Shown here: one piece after another, positions 63,734-64,000 of the stretch
How positions within the stretch are numbered: the stretch's first letter is position 1
Layout of the letters: every line of letters starts with the position of its first letter
Assembly (NCBI GenBank): GCA_976551045.1
Contig: CDPCPM010000239.1
Coordinates: 7,068,001-7,132,000, forward strand
Direction: 5' to 3'
From: Glaucostegus cemiculus
Lineage: Eukaryota
DNA length: 64,000 nucleotides
Notes under the pieces: model-generated
The model's input: only the letters and a program-made list of their open reading frames with translations
Database searches by the model: none
What the model was told of the DNA's origin: nothing
Made by a program: the position numbers and the translations under genes

Positions 63734-64000
63734 GCATGCAAGCTGTATTAGCCAATGGCAACATCATTTCCTCTTCTAAAGTCTGAGGGAAGTATTCAAG
63801 ATGCGAATCAAAACAGCTGCAGTCTGCCATTGGTTCAGTGGAAAATCAGTCTGGATTTTGTCCATAAGTCTATAGAGTTGTTCTTGAACATATGACTCTT
63901 CAGCAAACAGAGTAGCAGGCACACTACAACTGAGCCATTGCTAATGACTGAATTGCTTAATTGAGTCAGAAATTACTGGAAAAAGCATGAGCAAAATCAC

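Noticed and set aside
1-64000. CRISPR array, operon or prokaryotic defence system
   Set aside because: No regularly spaced repeats or gene-dense ORFs; the sequence is vertebrate repeat-rich DNA.

Overview
Vertebrate, not prokaryotic, DNA. The repeat content points to a cartilaginous fish, probably a ray or shark (inference): HE1-like tRNA-derived V-SINEs, abundant CR1/HER1-type LINEs and Deu-domain SINEs. The window is AT-rich, CpG-depleted and intronic or intergenic. I found no host protein-coding exon, tRNA/rRNA gene or CRISPR array that I can support, and every recognisable ORF is a retroelement fragment. Recognisable repeats are CR1, Rex1/Babar, RTE and L2 LINEs, several SINE families, two solo LTRs, and many Penelope-like element (PLE) 3' ends. 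Most notable: (1) a dispersed family of PLE termini carrying minimal type-I hammerhead ribozyme motifs, several as fold-back insertions whose junctions fall at the ribozyme; (2) an old paralogous segment pair (18.05-18.96 kb vs 54.46-56.78 kb) with one half inverted, containing a possible fossil exon; (3) a perfect 32-bp-arm nested palindrome at 19.3 kb; (4) two V-SINE subfamilies with the same head but different LINE-derived tails. Repeat boundaries were read by eye and are approximate unless a TSD or terminus is quoted. Family names come from recalled motifs, not database searches.
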